Notes: generated by a model from the sequence alone, not told the origin. A stretch of 64,000 nt of DNA from Hyphomicrobiales bacterium (GCA_041725915.1 JBGRPZ010000009.1:499-64498), one strand, 5' to 3'. Counted from the first letter of the stretch, positions 30,542 to 41,266 are shown. Numbers and translations: made by a program.

Positions 30542-31165
30542 ATGAAAAGATATATTGATTTATCAAGGACATTAACAGATAAAATGCCGGTCTATCCGGG
30601 TGATCCTAAGCCTGAGCTAAAGACAATAGCAACAGTAGAAAAAGATGGCTATAGTGATCAGAAAGTGATTACAGGCATGCACATATCTACTCATATTGAT
30701 GCTCCTAGTCATGGTTTTAAGGGAATGAAGAATATAGATGAGTTTCCTGTTGATAAGTTTATTGGAAGGGCTTGGGTGTTGGACGCAAGAAATAAAACAC
30801 AGGTAGATGAATCATTATTCCTAAGTATTCAGGATCAATTTCAGGATGACGATTGCCTATTAATAAGAACAGGTTTTGAAGAGATCTTCGGTACAGAGAA
30901 ATATTATAATGAATTTCCGGCAATGACAGAGAGTTTTGCCAAGATACTTGTTGAGAGATCTGCCAAGATTGTGGCCTTTGATACCTCAAGTCCTGATTAT
31001 CCTCCATACAATGTACATAGGATTTTACTTAGTAATGAAGTCTTGATTATAGAGAATTTATGTAACCTTGAAGCTTTGCCATTAGGAAAGCCATTTGAAA
31101 TTTATGCATTACCATGGAAAATTGATGCAGCAGGAGCACCCGTTAGAGTTGTAGCTTCTGTATAA
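30542..31165 (+). CDS. cyclase-family protein (kynurenine formamidase/arylformamidase-like)
   Basis: 207 aa. Metal motif GMHISTHIDAPSH (HxxTHxDxPxH) is characteristic of the putative cyclase / KynB family. It starts 2 nt after the preceding stop. Confidence 0.7.
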   Translation: MKRYIDLSRTLTDKMPVYPGDPKPELKTIATVEKDGYSDQKVITGMHISTHIDAPSHGFKGMKNIDEFPVDKFIGRAWVLDARNKTQVDESLFLSIQDQFQDDDCLLIRTGFEEIFGTEKYYNEFPAMTESFAKILVERSAKIVAFDTSSPDYPPYNVHRILLSNEVLIIENLCNLEALPLGKPFEIYALPWKIDAAGAPVRVVASV

Positions 31166-31301
31166 TTAGTTTAAATATTAGAAACACATATACTTAAATC
31201 ATTGTAAATGTGTTTTCTAATGTGGGAAAGACTATAAATAATTTTAGGGTCAATATCTTGCTTGAAAGCAATGATAAATTTTTTACTTTTGGGCTGTTTT
31301 A

Positions 31302-33260
31302 ATGGAGTTGGAAATAAAATTTAGAGAAGCTATGGAGTATAAAGTTTTACTCATCGAGCCAGATGAAAATCTGATGTGTGTAGAGATTGATGAGCTATCC
31401 AAAAGGGGGTTAAATGTTGAGGGTGTTAGTAATTTTACAGATGCTTGTGAATTGCTAAAAAAAGATGGTACTATACATGTTGTATTGTCTGAGCTTTCTA
31501 TTCCTAGAGATAAGTCATCAAAGCAGCTAGTTAAGGGAAGTGAGATCTTTAAGAAGTTTTTATCACTTCGTTATGAGGTAAATTATTTCCTATATACAAA
31601 TGAGAGTTTTGGAAATAAGCTGTTTAGTGAAGGTAAATTAAATGGATATTTCTATAAATATGAGAAAGATTATGATGATATTTCTCATAAAGTTAAAGCT
31701 GAGGTAAAGAATAGTAAGTTAAGAGCTCCTTTTTATGATTCTTTGGTTGAATATGCACAGAAGTCAAAAGATTCATGGCATACACCAGGGCATTCATCAG
31801 GATATTCTGTAAAGAACTCTCCTTGGGTAAAAGACTTTTTCGACTTTTTTGGACCAAATATCTTTTCTTCTGATATCTCTGTTTCTGTTCCTCAATTAGA
31901 TTCATTGATGCATCCAGAAGGAGTTATCAAAGAAGCTCAGGAATTAGCAGCAAGAACATATCGTTCAAGATATACTTTCTTTTCTACTAATGGAACATCA
32001 ACAAGTAATAAGGTTTTGTTACAAACATTACTTAAGCCTGGTGATGCTATTCTTTTAGATAGAAATTGTCATAAGAGTGTACATTATGGTGTAATTATAG
32101 CAGGTGCAGAGCCATTATACTTAATGCCTTCAGTAAATCAGAAATATGGAATCTTTGGCCCTATCCCAAAGAAACGTATTATTGAAGAAATGGATAAGGC
32201 TATTGCTACAGGCAAAAAACTAAAAGTGCTTATCATTACAAACTGTACTTATGATGGGCTGGTTTCAGACACTCCATATATTGTAGAAGAAGCACATAAG
32301 AGAGGTGTAAAAGTTATTGTTGATGAAGCATGGTTTGGGCATGCCAACTTTCATTCTGAATTCTATCCATGTGCAATGGAAGCAGGAGCAGATTATGCAA
32401 CTCAGTCTACTCATAAGACAATGAGTGCATTCTCTCAGGCTTCAATGATTCATGTTCAGGATCCTGAATTTGAGGATATAGAGGATTTCTTTATGGAAAA
32501 TTTCTGTATGCATACGTCTACTTCTCCACAATATCCAATGATTGCATCACTTGATATTGCAAGAAAGCAGATGGCAATGGAAGGGTATTCACTGTTACAG
32601 AGAAATCTTGATTTATCAGATAACTTTAGAAAGTCTATCAACAACCTGAAGAAATTTAGAGTTCTTGAGCTTGACGATCTTATTTCTTCAGAGTTGAAGA
32701 ATGATAATGTTCGTTTAGATAAAACAAAGATTACTATTGATGTATCTAAATCAGGATTTACTAGTAAGGAAATTGAACACTTCTTATTGACTAAGCATAA
32801 TATTCAGATAGAGAAATCAACCTTCAATACAATTAGTATTCTTGTAACTATTGGTTCTACTTATTCTAAGCTTAACAGACTTTATTTGGCACTGGAAAGC
32901 ATAGAAAGAATGAGTGGTAACAGAAAAATTAAAGGAGATGGTAACCTTAATGAGAGTATTAAGTTATCAGTTTCTCCAATTAAGTATCGTCCTAGATTTG
33001 CTTTCTATTGTGATGGTGAAATGTTGCCATTAAAGAAATGTGAAGGTAAGATCGCTACAAGGATGGTTACTCCTTATCCTCCGGGTATCCCATTGTTAGT
33101 ACCAGGTCAGATTATTTCAAAGGAAGTCATTGAAACTCTACTTAGCTATAGAGATTATGGTGTTGAGATTCATGGTATGCATGAAGGGGGTATGGTAAAA
33201 GTGATGACTAAGCAAGAGGAGTCAAAGCTAAAAACAAAAGGGGTAGACATCAATAGTTAA
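31302..33260 (+). CDS. Orn/Lys/Arg decarboxylase family PLP enzyme with CheY-like N-terminal wing domain
   Basis: 652 aa. The N-terminal ~120 aa is receiver-like (VLLIEPDE...VVLSELSIP). The major domain has WHTPGH and STHKTMSAF (PLP-Lys). The C-terminal domain has PYPPGIPLLVPGQ. Confidence 0.8.
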   Translation: MELEIKFREAMEYKVLLIEPDENLMCVEIDELSKRGLNVEGVSNFTDACELLKKDGTIHVVLSELSIPRDKSSKQLVKGSEIFKKFLSLRYEVNYFLYTNESFGNKLFSEGKLNGYFYKYEKDYDDISHKVKAEVKNSKLRAPFYDSLVEYAQKSKDSWHTPGHSSGYSVKNSPWVKDFFDFFGPNIFSSDISVSVPQLDSLMHPEGVIKEAQELAARTYRSRYTFFSTNGTSTSNKVLLQTLLKPGDAILLDRNCHKSVHYGVIIAGAEPLYLMPSVNQKYGIFGPIPKKRIIEEMDKAIATGKKLKVLIITNCTYDGLVSDTPYIVEEAHKRGVKVIVDEAWFGHANFHSEFYPCAMEAGADYATQSTHKTMSAFSQASMIHVQDPEFEDIEDFFMENFCMHTSTSPQYPMIASLDIARKQMAMEGYSLLQRNLDLSDNFRKSINNLKKFRVLELDDLISSELKNDNVRLDKTKITIDVSKSGFTSKEIEHFLLTKHNIQIEKSTFNTISILVTIGSTYSKLNRLYLALESIERMSGNRKIKGDGNLNESIKLSVSPIKYRPRFAFYCDGEMLPLKKCEGKIATRMVTPYPPGIPLLVPGQIISKEVIETLLSYRDYGVEIHGMHEGGMVKVMTKQEESKLKTKGVDINS

Positions 33261-33265
33261 TCATA

Positions 33266-34792
33266 ATGGATACAGTTATAGTGGGCTGGACTTCTTTAGT
33301 TCCAGCCATTGTTACGATATTGATAGCTGTTTTTACGCGTAAGGTTGCGGCAGCTTTATTTTGTGGTATACTTGCCGGAGTGGCAGTAATAACGGGGTTT
33401 TCTCCTTTAGAGTTTCTGACACAAGCATGGGATTTTATAGTGATATCCTTCACTGATATGGAAAGAGTGAAGATTGTTGCTTTTATTATGCTTATAGGAG
33501 GGATGTTAAAGATTATAGAATCTAGTGGTGCATACGATAAGTTTGCTGAGGTTTTATCCAAGAAGATCAACAGTTCTCGTAAGTCCAGACTTACAACATG
33601 GTTTGTGAGCTTTTGTCTGTTCTTTGATGATTATGCCAATGTGTTGATATCAGGCTCGTCAATGAAGAGCATCAACCTGAAGAATAAAGTAAGTCCTGCG
33701 TTTTTGGCTTATATGGTTGATGTTTTGGCAACAATGGCGAGTGTTATGTTGATCTCTACATGGGCATCATACGAAGGTGATGTGATGATGAAAGCAGGTC
33801 AGGGTGTAGGAGTAGAAAAGAGCTTATCTACATTCTTTCTTGAATCATTACCATATCATATGTATACTTACCTAGGTATCTTCCTGACTCTTATTGCAGC
33901 ATATACAGGTAAATGGTTTGGCGGTTCTGTAGATAGACAGAACTTTGTGAAGAAAGTCAATGCAAATGAAGGAGCAGAACAGCTTCATACAAAATTGAAA
34001 GCTTCTCATGTATTGGTTCCTGTATTGTCTTTATTAGGGCTTGCGATTATAGGAATGTTTGCAATTGGTATTACAACTCTTATAAAAGAAGGGGAACCAA
34101 TTACATTGATTAATATACTTGGAAATGCACCAACAATAGATATACTTATTGGCTCAACTATCATTGCGTTGATACTTGCGTATACATTATTGAGGAAAGA
34201 TGGTATAATAGGTACAACATCTTCGGTAAAGAACTTTGCAGTAGGAGTAAAGGATATGATTGAAGTAGGTTTGGTAATCTTCTTCGCGACAGGTTTATCC
34301 GCAATCTCTGATGCCTTAGGGACAGGAGAATTTATAGCAAATGGTATCACTCCTTACTTAAGTCCTGAGATTTTACCTGCATTGATCTTCCTTATATCGA
34401 TGTTGATTACTGTAGCAACAGGCTTTAGCTGGAGTTCTATGGCAATTGTAATGCCTATAGCATTTCAGTTATCAAGTGGTTTTGAGAGTATGCACTTGAT
34501 ACCTATTTTGTCAGCAGCTGTGATTTCAGGTGCTGTATCTGGAGAGCATGTAATACCATTTTCAGAGAAAGCAGTTATGTCATCAGCAGCATGTGGTATA
34601 CCATCAGTATATCATATAAAAACGATGATGTTTCAGACGATGACAGTTCTTACATCAGCATTTATAGGATTCTTATTAATAGGATATGGTTTTCCTTTAG
34701 TGGTCTCGTATCTAATACCTATAGGATTGATAGTGGGGAGTCATTTATTATTTGCAAAAAAGATTGATCCGGTTACTTACCAGATGAGTTAA
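33266..34792 (+). CDS. NhaC-family (Na+/H+ antiporter-like) transporter
   Basis: 508 aa, about 12 TM. The FDDYAN block and overall topology are typical of NhaC-type antiporters. It starts 5 nt after the decarboxylase stop. Confidence 0.7.
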   Translation: MDTVIVGWTSLVPAIVTILIAVFTRKVAAALFCGILAGVAVITGFSPLEFLTQAWDFIVISFTDMERVKIVAFIMLIGGMLKIIESSGAYDKFAEVLSKKINSSRKSRLTTWFVSFCLFFDDYANVLISGSSMKSINLKNKVSPAFLAYMVDVLATMASVMLISTWASYEGDVMMKAGQGVGVEKSLSTFFLESLPYHMYTYLGIFLTLIAAYTGKWFGGSVDRQNFVKKVNANEGAEQLHTKLKASHVLVPVLSLLGLAIIGMFAIGITTLIKEGEPITLINILGNAPTIDILIGSTIIALILAYTLLRKDGIIGTTSSVKNFAVGVKDMIEVGLVIFFATGLSAISDALGTGEFIANGITPYLSPEILPALIFLISMLITVATGFSWSSMAIVMPIAFQLSSGFESMHLIPILSAAVISGAVSGEHVIPFSEKAVMSSAACGIPSVYHIKTMMFQTMTVLTSAFIGFLLIGYGFPLVVSYLIPIGLIVGSHLLFAKKIDPVTYQMS

Positions 34793-34807
34793 GAGATATA
34801 AATAAAT

Positions 34808-34829
34808 AATGCCGTCAACTGACGGCATT
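34808..34829. terminator. bidirectional terminator
   Basis: AATGCCGTCA-ac-TGACGGCATT hairpin between the convergent NhaC-like and GNAT genes, with T-rich flanks. Confidence 0.65.
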
Positions 34830-34832
34830 ATT

Positions 34833-35279
34833 TTATTGTTTTTTCCTTCTCATGATGACCGTTTCTAGTCCTGCGGGATTAATCTCAGCATCTTTATAAG
34901 CCTCAAATCCTTTCTTTTTATATAAGTTTATAGCAGATTTACCTTCATCAATATTTGGTGCAAATGTTTGAACATAGATATGTTTTTTATCACCAAGTTC
35001 TTCAATAGCTTTTGACAATAGTTTTTCCCCATAAGCTTTTCTCCTTTCTTTTTCTTTTACAGCAAACCACAAGATTTCCCTTTCTTTTCTGTTTATTGCT
35101 ATGATTCCCCCAATTTCTTTGCTTTCTGTTTCAACACAAAAAGCATTTTCGTTGTTAATACAATAGATCATACCTTCTCTAAACTCTTCGATCTCTGTCA
35201 TTGGCCCAAACAGAGGTTCGACTTCTTTAGCAAGCTCTATCCATGCTTTGTAATCTTCAAGATTAAGTTTTCTGATCAT
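34833..35279 (-). CDS. GNAT family N-acetyltransferase
   Basis: 148 aa. The acetyl-CoA binding-like segment FAVKEKERRKAYGEKLLSKAIE (Q/RxxGxG/A-type) sits in the expected position. Confidence 0.65.
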   Translation of the reverse strand: MIRKLNLEDYKAWIELAKEVEPLFGPMTEIEEFREGMIYCINNENAFCVETESKEIGGIIAINRKEREILWFAVKEKERRKAYGEKLLSKAIEELGDKKHIYVQTFAPNIDEGKSAINLYKKKGFEAYKDAEINPAGLETVIMRRKKQ

Positions 35280-35793
35280 TTTACTATTATTTACTTCTAT
35301 GAATCGATTAATATTAATTGATGAATTGTATGCAAAGCTAATTTAATAAGATGATAATATTTACTTTGAATATGAAATAATACATGCTTTTATTTAGGTA
35401 AAGAGTGTGATAAACGAGTATTTTAGGAATAAAAAAATAATAAGTTAGATGTTGACATATGATTTAAGCTGTATGGAAATATCTTATAATTACATTAATA
35501 CAACTTATTTATATGAATATTCTAATCTTGGCATCTTAATTTGTTTCTCTTTAAATACTACATATTCCATATAAATTGTTTTATATAAAATTCATTTAAA
35601 ATTATTTTCATTCATAAAAACAAATATCATTTCTTTAAAGTAGAATAAACAAATTGGGATTATTAAGTTAAATCATTATCCAAACTACAAGGGATATCCT
35701 GATAATTATTATAAGGCAAGCTATTATTTATAGTAGTTTTCAAGTCTCAAATAAAATTCACTTGGTTTTCCAAAGCAAATAAATCTAACGATT

Positions 35794-36321
35794 ATGATTG
35801 AAATACTAAAAAAAAGAAGGAGTGTAAGAACATTCTTAGACATACCTGTAGATAAAGAAAAAATTGAGATATTAATTCAAGCAGCATTATTATCACCAAC
35901 ATCAAAAGATTCACGTCCTTGGGAATTTATATTTGTTGATGAAAGAGAACTTATTGATAAGATGTCTGAGTGTAAGCCTGCAGGCTCTCAGTTTATGAAA
36001 CATGCACCTTTGGCTCTTGTAGTGATGGCGGAAGAGAATAAGAGTCAAGCATGGATAGAAGATACTGTAATAGCTGCGAATAATATACAGAATACAGCGG
36101 AGTCTATAGATGTGGGATCATGTTGGGTACAAATAAGAGGAAGGATGTATGATGATAATACAACTTCAGAGGAATATATCAGGACTTTATTTAATATTCC
36201 TGATCATTTCAAGATAGAATGTATAATTGCTCTTGGCTATAAAGAGATGCAAAGACCTCCTCATATTGAAGAACATTTGAAGTTTGATAGGATACATTTC
36301 AATAGTTTCACAAAAGAGTAG
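35794..36321 (+). CDS. nitroreductase family protein
   Basis: 175 aa. N-terminal KRRSVRTF and the SPTSKDSRPWEF block are typical of the NADH/FMN nitroreductase fold. Confidence 0.75.
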   Translation: MIEILKKRRSVRTFLDIPVDKEKIEILIQAALLSPTSKDSRPWEFIFVDERELIDKMSECKPAGSQFMKHAPLALVVMAEENKSQAWIEDTVIAANNIQNTAESIDVGSCWVQIRGRMYDDNTTSEEYIRTLFNIPDHFKIECIIALGYKEMQRPPHIEEHLKFDRIHFNSFTKE

Positions 36322-37450
36322 AAGATATTTTCAATAATTGACCAATTAAAGCACCTGTTTCTTCTAGAAGAAATGGGGCTTTTTTTATGCTCTCTTCTAT
36401 AGACATTGGACGATCACATATAGACATTATACAATCTATTCCATATTCTTTTAGGTCTGTAGTTTTGATATCTTTTATTCCACAAATAGCAATTGTGGGG
36501 ATATTATGTTTTTTGCAAATCATACCTATGGAATAGGGGAGTTTTCCAAACTTAGTTTGTTGGTCAATTTTGCCTTCACCAGTAATAATAAGATCTGAAG
36601 ATTTAATGTGTGTTTCAATATTTGTAATATCTTTCATCAAGCCAAACCCATTGATCAGTTTTGCATTTGTAAAAGCAATTAGCCCTCCTCCAAGCCCTCC
36701 TGCAGCTCCAGAACCAGGGATCGTGTTCATGTTTATTCCAAAAGTATTTTGAATTAAACTAGAAAGGTGAAGTAATGATTGATCCAAAAACTTTATCTCA
36801 GAACTATTAGCCCCTTTCTGTTTACCAAAAACATATGAAGTCCCTTCCTTGCCTGTAAAAGGATTCTTTACATCACAAGCAGCTGTGAAGGAACAGGATT
36901 TAAGCATAGGGTGTATATTCTCTGTAGCAATTCTATGTATGCTATTTATGTTTTTGGGTAATGGCTCAACAAGTTTATTCTTTTTATCATAAAACTGATA
37001 TCCCAAAGCAGCAGCCATACCTATACCACCATCATTAGTAGCACTTCCGCCAAGAGTAATAACAATATTTGTAATCCCTCTGTCTAAAGCATCTATAATT
37101 AGCTGTCCTGTACCAAAAGTGTTGGCGACTAAGGGTTTTTTATCTTGATGTTGAAGTAACTCCAAGCCTGAGGTTTTAGCCATCTCAATAAAAGCAATAT
37201 CCTTATTTAGGGAAAGAGCGTAGTCGCTACGTATTATATTTCCAAGAGGGTCTTTAGTAGATACAGTTTGTCTTTCTAATTGTAGATGATCAGATAAAAC
37301 ATCAAGGCTTCCTTCGCCACCATCAGCAATAGGGATGATGTCGATGATATGATTGTTATCAACTTTTAATAGTCCTGCTTTCAGGGAAGTAGCAACTTGT
37401 TTTGAGCTTAAGCAGTTTTTGAAGGAATCGGTAGTAATAAGTATCTTCAT
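36308..37450 (-). CDS. glxK: glycerate kinase
   Basis: 380 aa. MKILITTDSFKNCLSS, IPIADGGEGS, GGSATNDGGIGM and ITGEGKIDQQT blocks are characteristic of the glycerate kinase family. The convergent 14-nt overlap with the nitroreductase gene is trivial. Confidence 0.85.
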   Translation of the reverse strand: MKILITTDSFKNCLSSKQVATSLKAGLLKVDNNHIIDIIPIADGGEGSLDVLSDHLQLERQTVSTKDPLGNIIRSDYALSLNKDIAFIEMAKTSGLELLQHQDKKPLVANTFGTGQLIIDALDRGITNIVITLGGSATNDGGIGMAAALGYQFYDKKNKLVEPLPKNINSIHRIATENIHPMLKSCSFTAACDVKNPFTGKEGTSYVFGKQKGANSSEIKFLDQSLLHLSSLIQNTFGINMNTIPGSGAAGGLGGGLIAFTNAKLINGFGLMKDITNIETHIKSSDLIITGEGKIDQQTKFGKLPYSIGMICKKHNIPTIAICGIKDIKTTDLKEYGIDCIMSICDRPMSIEESIKKAPFLLEETGALIGQLLKISSTLL

Positions 37451-37524
37451 AATGCAAAGATAAGCTTATGCATAATAATAAGTAATAAAAGACAAGGTCA
37501 CCTAAGCGACCTTATCTTTTATTT

Positions 37525-40500
37525 TTACCATTTGATCATTTTGTGAGTAGAAGAGATTCCATTTATAGTGATCCTACAAAGGAATAAGCCCGGTTCCATA
37601 TGGATATTTGCAGGGCTTAGACTAATTAGGTGCTGTCCTTTTGCTTTGTGGGTATTTTCAATAGATGATATCTTTTTCCCATTTATATCATAAATGTCAA
37701 TAGTAACATGAGCATCCTCATCGAGGAAATATGCTATTGAAGTTTCATCTTTGAATGGATTTGGATATACTTTTAAAGGCGTTTTTAGGTCGATCTTTTC
37801 TGTGGATGTTTTAAGGTTGAAAAACTTAAGGTAGATATCCAATATTGAATCGTCTACGTCATCTATAAGTCCTCTAAGCTCAATAGAAGATCCAATAGTT
37901 TTATATCCACTATTTTCATCAATATAAGAGACGACGCAATTATAAAATGTACTTCCAATAGAGTTGATTAAAATCGCTTGACTACCATTCTGAGGAGTAA
38001 GTTTGTTTATGTAAGCAGTGGCATTTTTGTATTTTCTTACAAATCCTTCAGCTATGGTTCCTGATAAACCTTTGATATTATCGGTATCAAATTTGGTGCT
38101 GTTTCTTATTCCTTTTATCTGGAACAAGTTTGTATGTTTACTTGGTATATTCCAGCTTTCAGCACCTTCAAGATAAACAAAGCCTCCTTTCAATAGATAA
38201 TTGAATATTTTCTGTTTAGCTTCGCTGGCAAGCTGAATAGTATATGGATAACAGCCTTGCATTACCCATACAGATTTGTATTTAGATAGGTTTACTTCTT
38301 CAGGAAAGTCATTTCCTTTGATGCTTTTATAAGTGATTTCTCTTTTTCGTAATGCTTTTTCCAATAATTGGGCAGAGCCTGAATAGTCTTTATATTTTTC
38401 GTTAATACATTCTAATATAAGAATAGAAGTCTTGCCAATAACAACCGGAGTTTCTACTTGAAGATCTTTTGAATTATCAACTTTAGCTTTAAATGTTATA
38501 GAAGTTAAAGTCCCTTGAGGGGTATTGGCTGAAGTAGAAAATTGTACATTTCTTTCTATTGTTTCTCCAGCTTTTATTTTAGCTACACTAAAGCTTTCGT
38601 TACCAATAGTAATATATTCTGAATCAGAGATGAAGTCACCACTAAAATTAAGTGCATCAATGGTGCTATTATTGGTTATTTTCACTGATACACTTCCTCC
38701 TTCTCCGGGATTAATATCATTATTTGGTTCAGTAATAGATGACTCTATGTCAAACTGTGGAGCTTTTGAATTAATAATAAAATCCAAGACATGTTCTTCA
38801 GTACCTGATATAATCAAAGAAAACAAAGCATTATGATTGTTAGGAGTATCTTTTAAAAGCCTAACTTCAAAAGCATCAGTTAATGTTTTTGATGATGAAC
38901 TTGGTATTTGATCCAATAGTTCGGTATTATCAATTATAGAATAATAATTATCGGTAGTTGATAACTTTAAGCTTAAGTCAGTACCTTCTCCAGCACCTAT
39001 GTTCTCTAATTCAATAGAGAGTTTTATGGTTTCTGTATTTTCCAGCACTTGATTATTATTCTCTTCAGAGTCATTTATAGTAATTGCTTTAAGTCTGAAA
39101 TTAGGAGTTTCATTAGGGAGAATTTCTTTTTCTGTATAAACAGTGTTGAGGTTTTGACCAGTGACAACAAATTTGACATTCCCTTCAGAAAAAGAATGGT
39201 CAATAGTTACCATTCCATTATCATCTGTTTTCCCTGTAACATAAATGTCTCCTTGCGATATTGTAATATATGCATTGGGGAAAGGGACATTCTCAGCAAA
39301 TACAGTTGTAGAGAAAGGGATGTTGTCATATATTTTCTCATTACTCAACTTTATGTCTTTTGCTGTAGATGTTCTGACTTGCAAAGTTGGATCACCAAAA
39401 GTAGTCCATGTTTTTACTGTTTTTACATCATGAATGGTGTTTGATTCTTTTAGCATTAAGATGAGAGCATTTGATACAATAGAGCCAAAAGTAGTACGTC
39501 CTTCATCAGTACTTATTCCGCATCCGGGACTGGTAATATAGCTATATCCACCTGTAAGGATATCATTCATATAGTCTTGCCCTCTCATTGGTGGTATCCA
39601 TGGCTGATTAATGGTAGAAGCTACTACGGCAATAGCACCGCCATTTTTCTTTTTCAGGAAAGTTTCAGCAAAGCAATCTGATTCATCTTCAAAAGATCCG
39701 TTTATACAAGCTACAGTAAAGATGATAGGAAGCTTATCTCCATTAGTCAAACCATTAATTTCTGTATTACTAAAGCCTGAGGTCTTCCATCCTTTTTTTG
39801 AGCCATGACCAGCATAGTTTACTACTCCTACACCATTATTCAGAGCATCAATTACAGTTTGCAGATCATCATTAGGTTCATAGCAATAATAATACTTATC
39901 GTATCCATTTGGCTTTAATCGACCATTGTAGATATTCTCAACATGAACATAATCGACTTCGTTATCATCAGCACCCCAAAGCCCTTCACGAGAACCTATT
40001 CCCAAGGTGCTTTTATAGAAATCACCTTTAGGGTTCTTTTCATAGTTGATTACTTTATCTACAATAGTCTGTACTTCTTCAGGACTGTTTGCCGAGAATC
40101 TACCTATACAAAGATCAAGATAATAATCATCACCAGAAACACAACCTAGCATTTGATCAATAGGAGAGCTAAACTCTTTATCACTTTTTATATCTTCATA
40201 ATCACCAACAAGAAGTACGTACAGTAGTTTGTTATTCTTATCATATTCATCTTTGATGAGATCTTTTACATTAGTTCCTTTTTCTACAACAATCTTGTTT
40301 ACATTAAAGCCTTTTTCTTTCTTCCAGCTGATATATGGCTTTATAGCTTCTTCATCTCTATCAGTAGTGATAATAAGTAAGTCCCCAAACTCATCAAGAA
40401 CTAATGATTCTCTTGTCTTTTGTATAGGATTAATAAAAAAGGAATTATAGAAAGCAAGAGATCCTTTTAATATCTGTTTTTTATTCCTACTTGGATTGAT

Positions 40501-41073
40501 AGGAATTATACCAGAATCATCAGGGACTAATTGTATGCTAATAGATTTTATGACTTTTAGAGTGTTTTTCTTGGCATTGTATTGAAAAGGATACATATAA
40601 ACATTTATACCCCTTATAGCCCTTACCAGATAGGGTTTAGATGTAGAGGTGCTTTGTTGAGGATACCATTGATCCACAATTGACTCAGGAGCTATTTTAA
40701 CTTTCACAGATTTAGGATCTTGATCTCTGTTGATTGATCCCTTTGAAGGAATGAGAGGGTAGTCAAGTTGAATTTCTTCACTTTCTTCAGCTTTAACGAC
40801 TACTTTGTAGTTGGAATAATCGCTTATAGCAATAGAAGTGTTTACATATGGTAATTCAGCCCATCCCTTTTTCTTTGTATGTATATTATGGTCAAAAAGG
40901 AGTTTCGTGTATTTCTTTCCATCAATAATTATGGATTCAAATTTAGTTTCTTCAAATTGGAAATGAAGTTCATGTATATTGACCTTGTTTGAATAGTTTA
41001 CCTCCCATGATTCATTTTTAGAAAAAGATGTAAAGCAAGTTATTAGAAATAATAGTGTAAAGAATTGTTTCAT
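37525..41073 (-). CDS. C25 (gingipain-like) cysteine peptidase with Ig-like/CARDB-like repeats and T9SS C-terminal sorting domain
   Basis: 1182 aa with a signal peptide. The catalytic His is in VVNYAGHGS and the Cys in FTVACINGSF. The C-terminal ~80 aa (KVYPNPFKDETSIAYF...GLFLCRITINGISSTHKMIKW) is a Por secretion tail. Confidence 0.8.
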   Translation of the reverse strand: MKQFFTLLFLITCFTSFSKNESWEVNYSNKVNIHELHFQFEETKFESIIIDGKKYTKLLFDHNIHTKKKGWAELPYVNTSIAISDYSNYKVVVKAEESEEIQLDYPLIPSKGSINRDQDPKSVKVKIAPESIVDQWYPQQSTSTSKPYLVRAIRGINVYMYPFQYNAKKNTLKVIKSISIQLVPDDSGIIPINPSRNKKQILKGSLAFYNSFFINPIQKTRESLVLDEFGDLLIITTDRDEEAIKPYISWKKEKGFNVNKIVVEKGTNVKDLIKDEYDKNNKLLYVLLVGDYEDIKSDKEFSSPIDQMLGCVSGDDYYLDLCIGRFSANSPEEVQTIVDKVINYEKNPKGDFYKSTLGIGSREGLWGADDNEVDYVHVENIYNGRLKPNGYDKYYYCYEPNDDLQTVIDALNNGVGVVNYAGHGSKKGWKTSGFSNTEINGLTNGDKLPIIFTVACINGSFEDESDCFAETFLKKKNGGAIAVVASTINQPWIPPMRGQDYMNDILTGGYSYITSPGCGISTDEGRTTFGSIVSNALILMLKESNTIHDVKTVKTWTTFGDPTLQVRTSTAKDIKLSNEKIYDNIPFSTTVFAENVPFPNAYITISQGDIYVTGKTDDNGMVTIDHSFSEGNVKFVVTGQNLNTVYTEKEILPNETPNFRLKAITINDSEENNNQVLENTETIKLSIELENIGAGEGTDLSLKLSTTDNYYSIIDNTELLDQIPSSSSKTLTDAFEVRLLKDTPNNHNALFSLIISGTEEHVLDFIINSKAPQFDIESSITEPNNDINPGEGGSVSVKITNNSTIDALNFSGDFISDSEYITIGNESFSVAKIKAGETIERNVQFSTSANTPQGTLTSITFKAKVDNSKDLQVETPVVIGKTSILILECINEKYKDYSGSAQLLEKALRKREITYKSIKGNDFPEEVNLSKYKSVWVMQGCYPYTIQLASEAKQKIFNYLLKGGFVYLEGAESWNIPSKHTNLFQIKGIRNSTKFDTDNIKGLSGTIAEGFVRKYKNATAYINKLTPQNGSQAILINSIGSTFYNCVVSYIDENSGYKTIGSSIELRGLIDDVDDSILDIYLKFFNLKTSTEKIDLKTPLKVYPNPFKDETSIAYFLDEDAHVTIDIYDINGKKISSIENTHKAKGQHLISLSPANIHMEPGLFLCRITINGISSTHKMIKW

Positions 41074-41217
41074 AGTATAGTGTTTATTGTTTTATTATTC
41101 TTCCCATATATCACTACTCCTAAGGATATATAATACTAATGCAAATTAAGTAAATATTATATAACTACAAATTAAAGTTAAATAGCAGGAGGTTTATTAA
41201 TAAAATAAGCACAGAAA

Positions 41218-41245
41218 AATAAAGCTTCTGTTTAGAAGCTTTATT
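41218..41245 (-). terminator. terminator of the decarboxylase gene
   Basis: AATAAAGCTTCT-gttt-AGAAGCTTTATT hairpin lies 22 nt after the stop. Confidence 0.6.
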
Positions 41246-41266
41246 TTCTTAATTATAAAGGTAGAA

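Noticed and set aside
35526-35542. TTGGCATCTTAATTTGT half-match to a -24/-12 promoter upstream of the nitroreductase gene.
   Set aside because: There is no GC dinucleotide at the -12 position (TTTGT), so only the -24 half matches.
36308-36321. 14-nt overlap of the convergent nitroreductase and glycerate kinase genes.
   Set aside because: Short 3'-3' overlaps are common and carry no evident regulatory meaning.
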